Virus record (IMG/VR): IMGVR_UViG_3300046823_000115
Location: 1 to 27,478 of that record
From: a virus
Lineage: Duplodnaviria > Caudoviricetes
Reading direction: 5' to 3' (one strand)
Length of the DNA: 27,478 nucleotides
Every line of letters starts with the position of its first letter. Within the stretch, counting starts at the first letter, position 1. A model generated the notes under the pieces. It was not told the DNA's origin and searched no databases. It saw only the letters and a program-made list of their open reading frames with translations. The position numbers were made by a program, and so were the translations under genes. Below, piece after piece: positions 26,138-27,478 of this stretch.

Positions 26138-26370
26138 CAGCGGCCTCCCGCCAACTGGGCGAGCAGCTCGGTCTGCTGGCGCAGGATCAGCCCGATACCG
26201 TTGAGGCTTTCCTCGATGCCGCTGATGCGTGCCTCCATGGCACTGAAGCGTGCTTCCAGGGCTGACAGGCGAGCTGGCAGCGGATCCACCAGGCCCCGCA
26301 GCATGCGCTGCTCGACCAGGATTTGCGTCTGCTGACGCGACAGGAAATCCAGGGTAATTGTGTCGCTCAT
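26137..26370 (-). CDS. 77-aa coiled-coil protein
   Basis: Heptads RLSALEA RFSAMEA RISGIEE; AAGGAG SD. Confidence 0.75.
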   Translation of the reverse strand: MSDTITLDFLSRQQTQILVEQRMLRGLVDPLPARLSALEARFSAMEARISGIEESLNGIGLILRQQTELLAQLAGGR

Positions 26371-26372
26371 GT

Positions 26373-26444
26373 CGCAACTCTCCTTGCGGCGTGTTCCAGG
26401 GCCGGGTGCAGCATTGGGAGTGCTGCCCCGGCCCGATTTATATC
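26373..26444 (-). promoter_or_regulatory. Leader: TATAAA, long hairpin, SD-loop hairpin
   Basis: GGGCCGGG-GCAGCA / TGCTGC-CCCGGCCC at 26399-26434; CGCAA/TTGCG around GGAGAG at 26373-26388. Confidence 0.6.
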
Positions 26445-26451
26445 AGCGCAG

Positions 26452-27478
26452 TCAACCCGCCGCGAGGTGCTCCTCGCCTTTGATCGCGACCTCGTCCAGG
26501 TCGTCACCGGGCTCGGCCGCAGGCAGCTTGGCCATGAAGTCGCCGATGATGGCGTCAATCTCGTCTTTGGCCCATGGAGGCGCTTCGGCAAGTGCCTTCT
26601 CCACTGACGGACGCGCGGCGATTGCTTCGATGCCTTCGCGGCTGGTCTGCTTATCACATGCCTGGATCAGGCCGTTGATCCACATGACCCACGCCTCGCG
26701 CGTGCGTTCTGGCGCCGGCGCTGTGTCCTTGCCGGTCACGATCGGTTGCTTGGTGGTGTTGCCAGTGCCGTTGCAGGCGAAGCATTTCTTGCCGGGGCGC
26801 CATTCGCCTGTGCCCTGGCATTTCGGGCAGACATCGGCAGGATCGTGGTGATCGTCGGCGGTATCGTAGACGGTCGTGTCCTGGACACTCTCGCCGCGAG
26901 GCATGGTGGCGGCTGCCGACTTCAGCGGGATACTGTCGTTCAGTGCCTTGCGGCGGGCCGCATCAACTTCGGCAAGCGCCATCTGGGACAAGCGGCGATC
27001 GGGCTGCGGCTGCTCCTCTGCGGTGCCATCGATGGTCGGCCCCATTTCCTCCCGCGAGTAGACGCCAAGGATCACAGCAGGCGTCCAGCGCCGCGCCCAG
27101 ACCCGCGCGCCATGATAGACGAGCTGCTGGTCGGGTTGCTTTACCCACAGCGGATTGGAAGTCTTCGCGTCCGCTAGTTTGACCTCGACAGTGCGCGGGT
27201 TGGTCTCGCCGCGTCTGGTGGCGGTCACGGTGATGCTGCGGGCATCGCCAACACCTGCGAAGTCGTAATCGATATGGCCGACGATTGCGCCGCTGTTCTC
27301 GACCGCAGCAGCCACCAGCTTACCCTCGATCATCTGTTTGCCTTGGATGATGCTGGTCGCCTGGGCAACAGCAAATGGTGACATGCCCCAGCGCATAGCC
27401 AACTCTATGACCATCAGGCAGTCGCCGGGGCTGTCCCACAGATGCTTTGGCACAGTGCGGGCTCCGGCCATGAACTGT
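26452..27478 (-). CDS. RecT-like single-strand annealing recombinase (5'-truncated)
   Basis: VPKHL...GDC...A.RWGMSPFAVAQ, EGKLV.A, W.KQP.QQL.Y...R.WARR..P..ILGVYS.EE. Confidence 0.8.
   Translation of the reverse strand, partial: QFMAGARTVPKHLWDSPGDCLMVIELAMRWGMSPFAVAQATSIIQGKQMIEGKLVAAAVENSGAIVGHIDYDFAGVGDARSITVTATRRGETNPRTVEVKLADAKTSNPLWVKQPDQQLVYHGARVWARRWTPAVILGVYSREEMGPTIDGTAEEQPQPDRRLSQMALAEVDAARRKALNDSIPLKSAAATMPRGESVQDTTVYDTADDHHDPADVCPKCQGTGEWRPGKKCFACNGTGNTTKQPIVTGKDTAPAPERTREAWVMWINGLIQACDKQTSREGIEAIAARPSVEKALAEAPPWAKDEIDAIIGDFMAKLPAAEPGDDLDEVAIKGEEHLAAG

Overview
GC-rich segment of a P22/N4-gp56-type podovirus-like phage or prophage. The host is probably an alphaproteobacterium, inferred from a GcrA-like and a DUF3309-like gene. 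Order on the + strand: probable portal C-terminus, then a ~4.5 kb accessory island (adenine methyltransferase, two small genes missed by the ORF track, a Pro-rich repeat protein, a structured leader plus PEP-CTERM protein, a direct-repeat-flanked antisense cassette, GcrA-like protein). After that come scaffold, major capsid flanked by two HNH endonucleases, Ig-like protein, adaptor, several fibre/tailspike genes, gp10-like hub, a 2OG-Fe(II) hydroxylase + cupin pair and three ejection proteins. The window ends in convergent early genes including a RecT-like recombinase. Main leads: (1) a multi-helix, possibly switching RNA upstream of a phage-borne PEP-CTERM gene; (2) a capsid gene with A/T-shifted codon usage at both HNH-proximal ends; (3) one promoter/two-hairpin leader design shared by three unrelated genes; (4) a hydroxylase/cupin pair inside a collagen-rich virion module. 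All calls are from motif recognition and synteny by eye; no searches were run.
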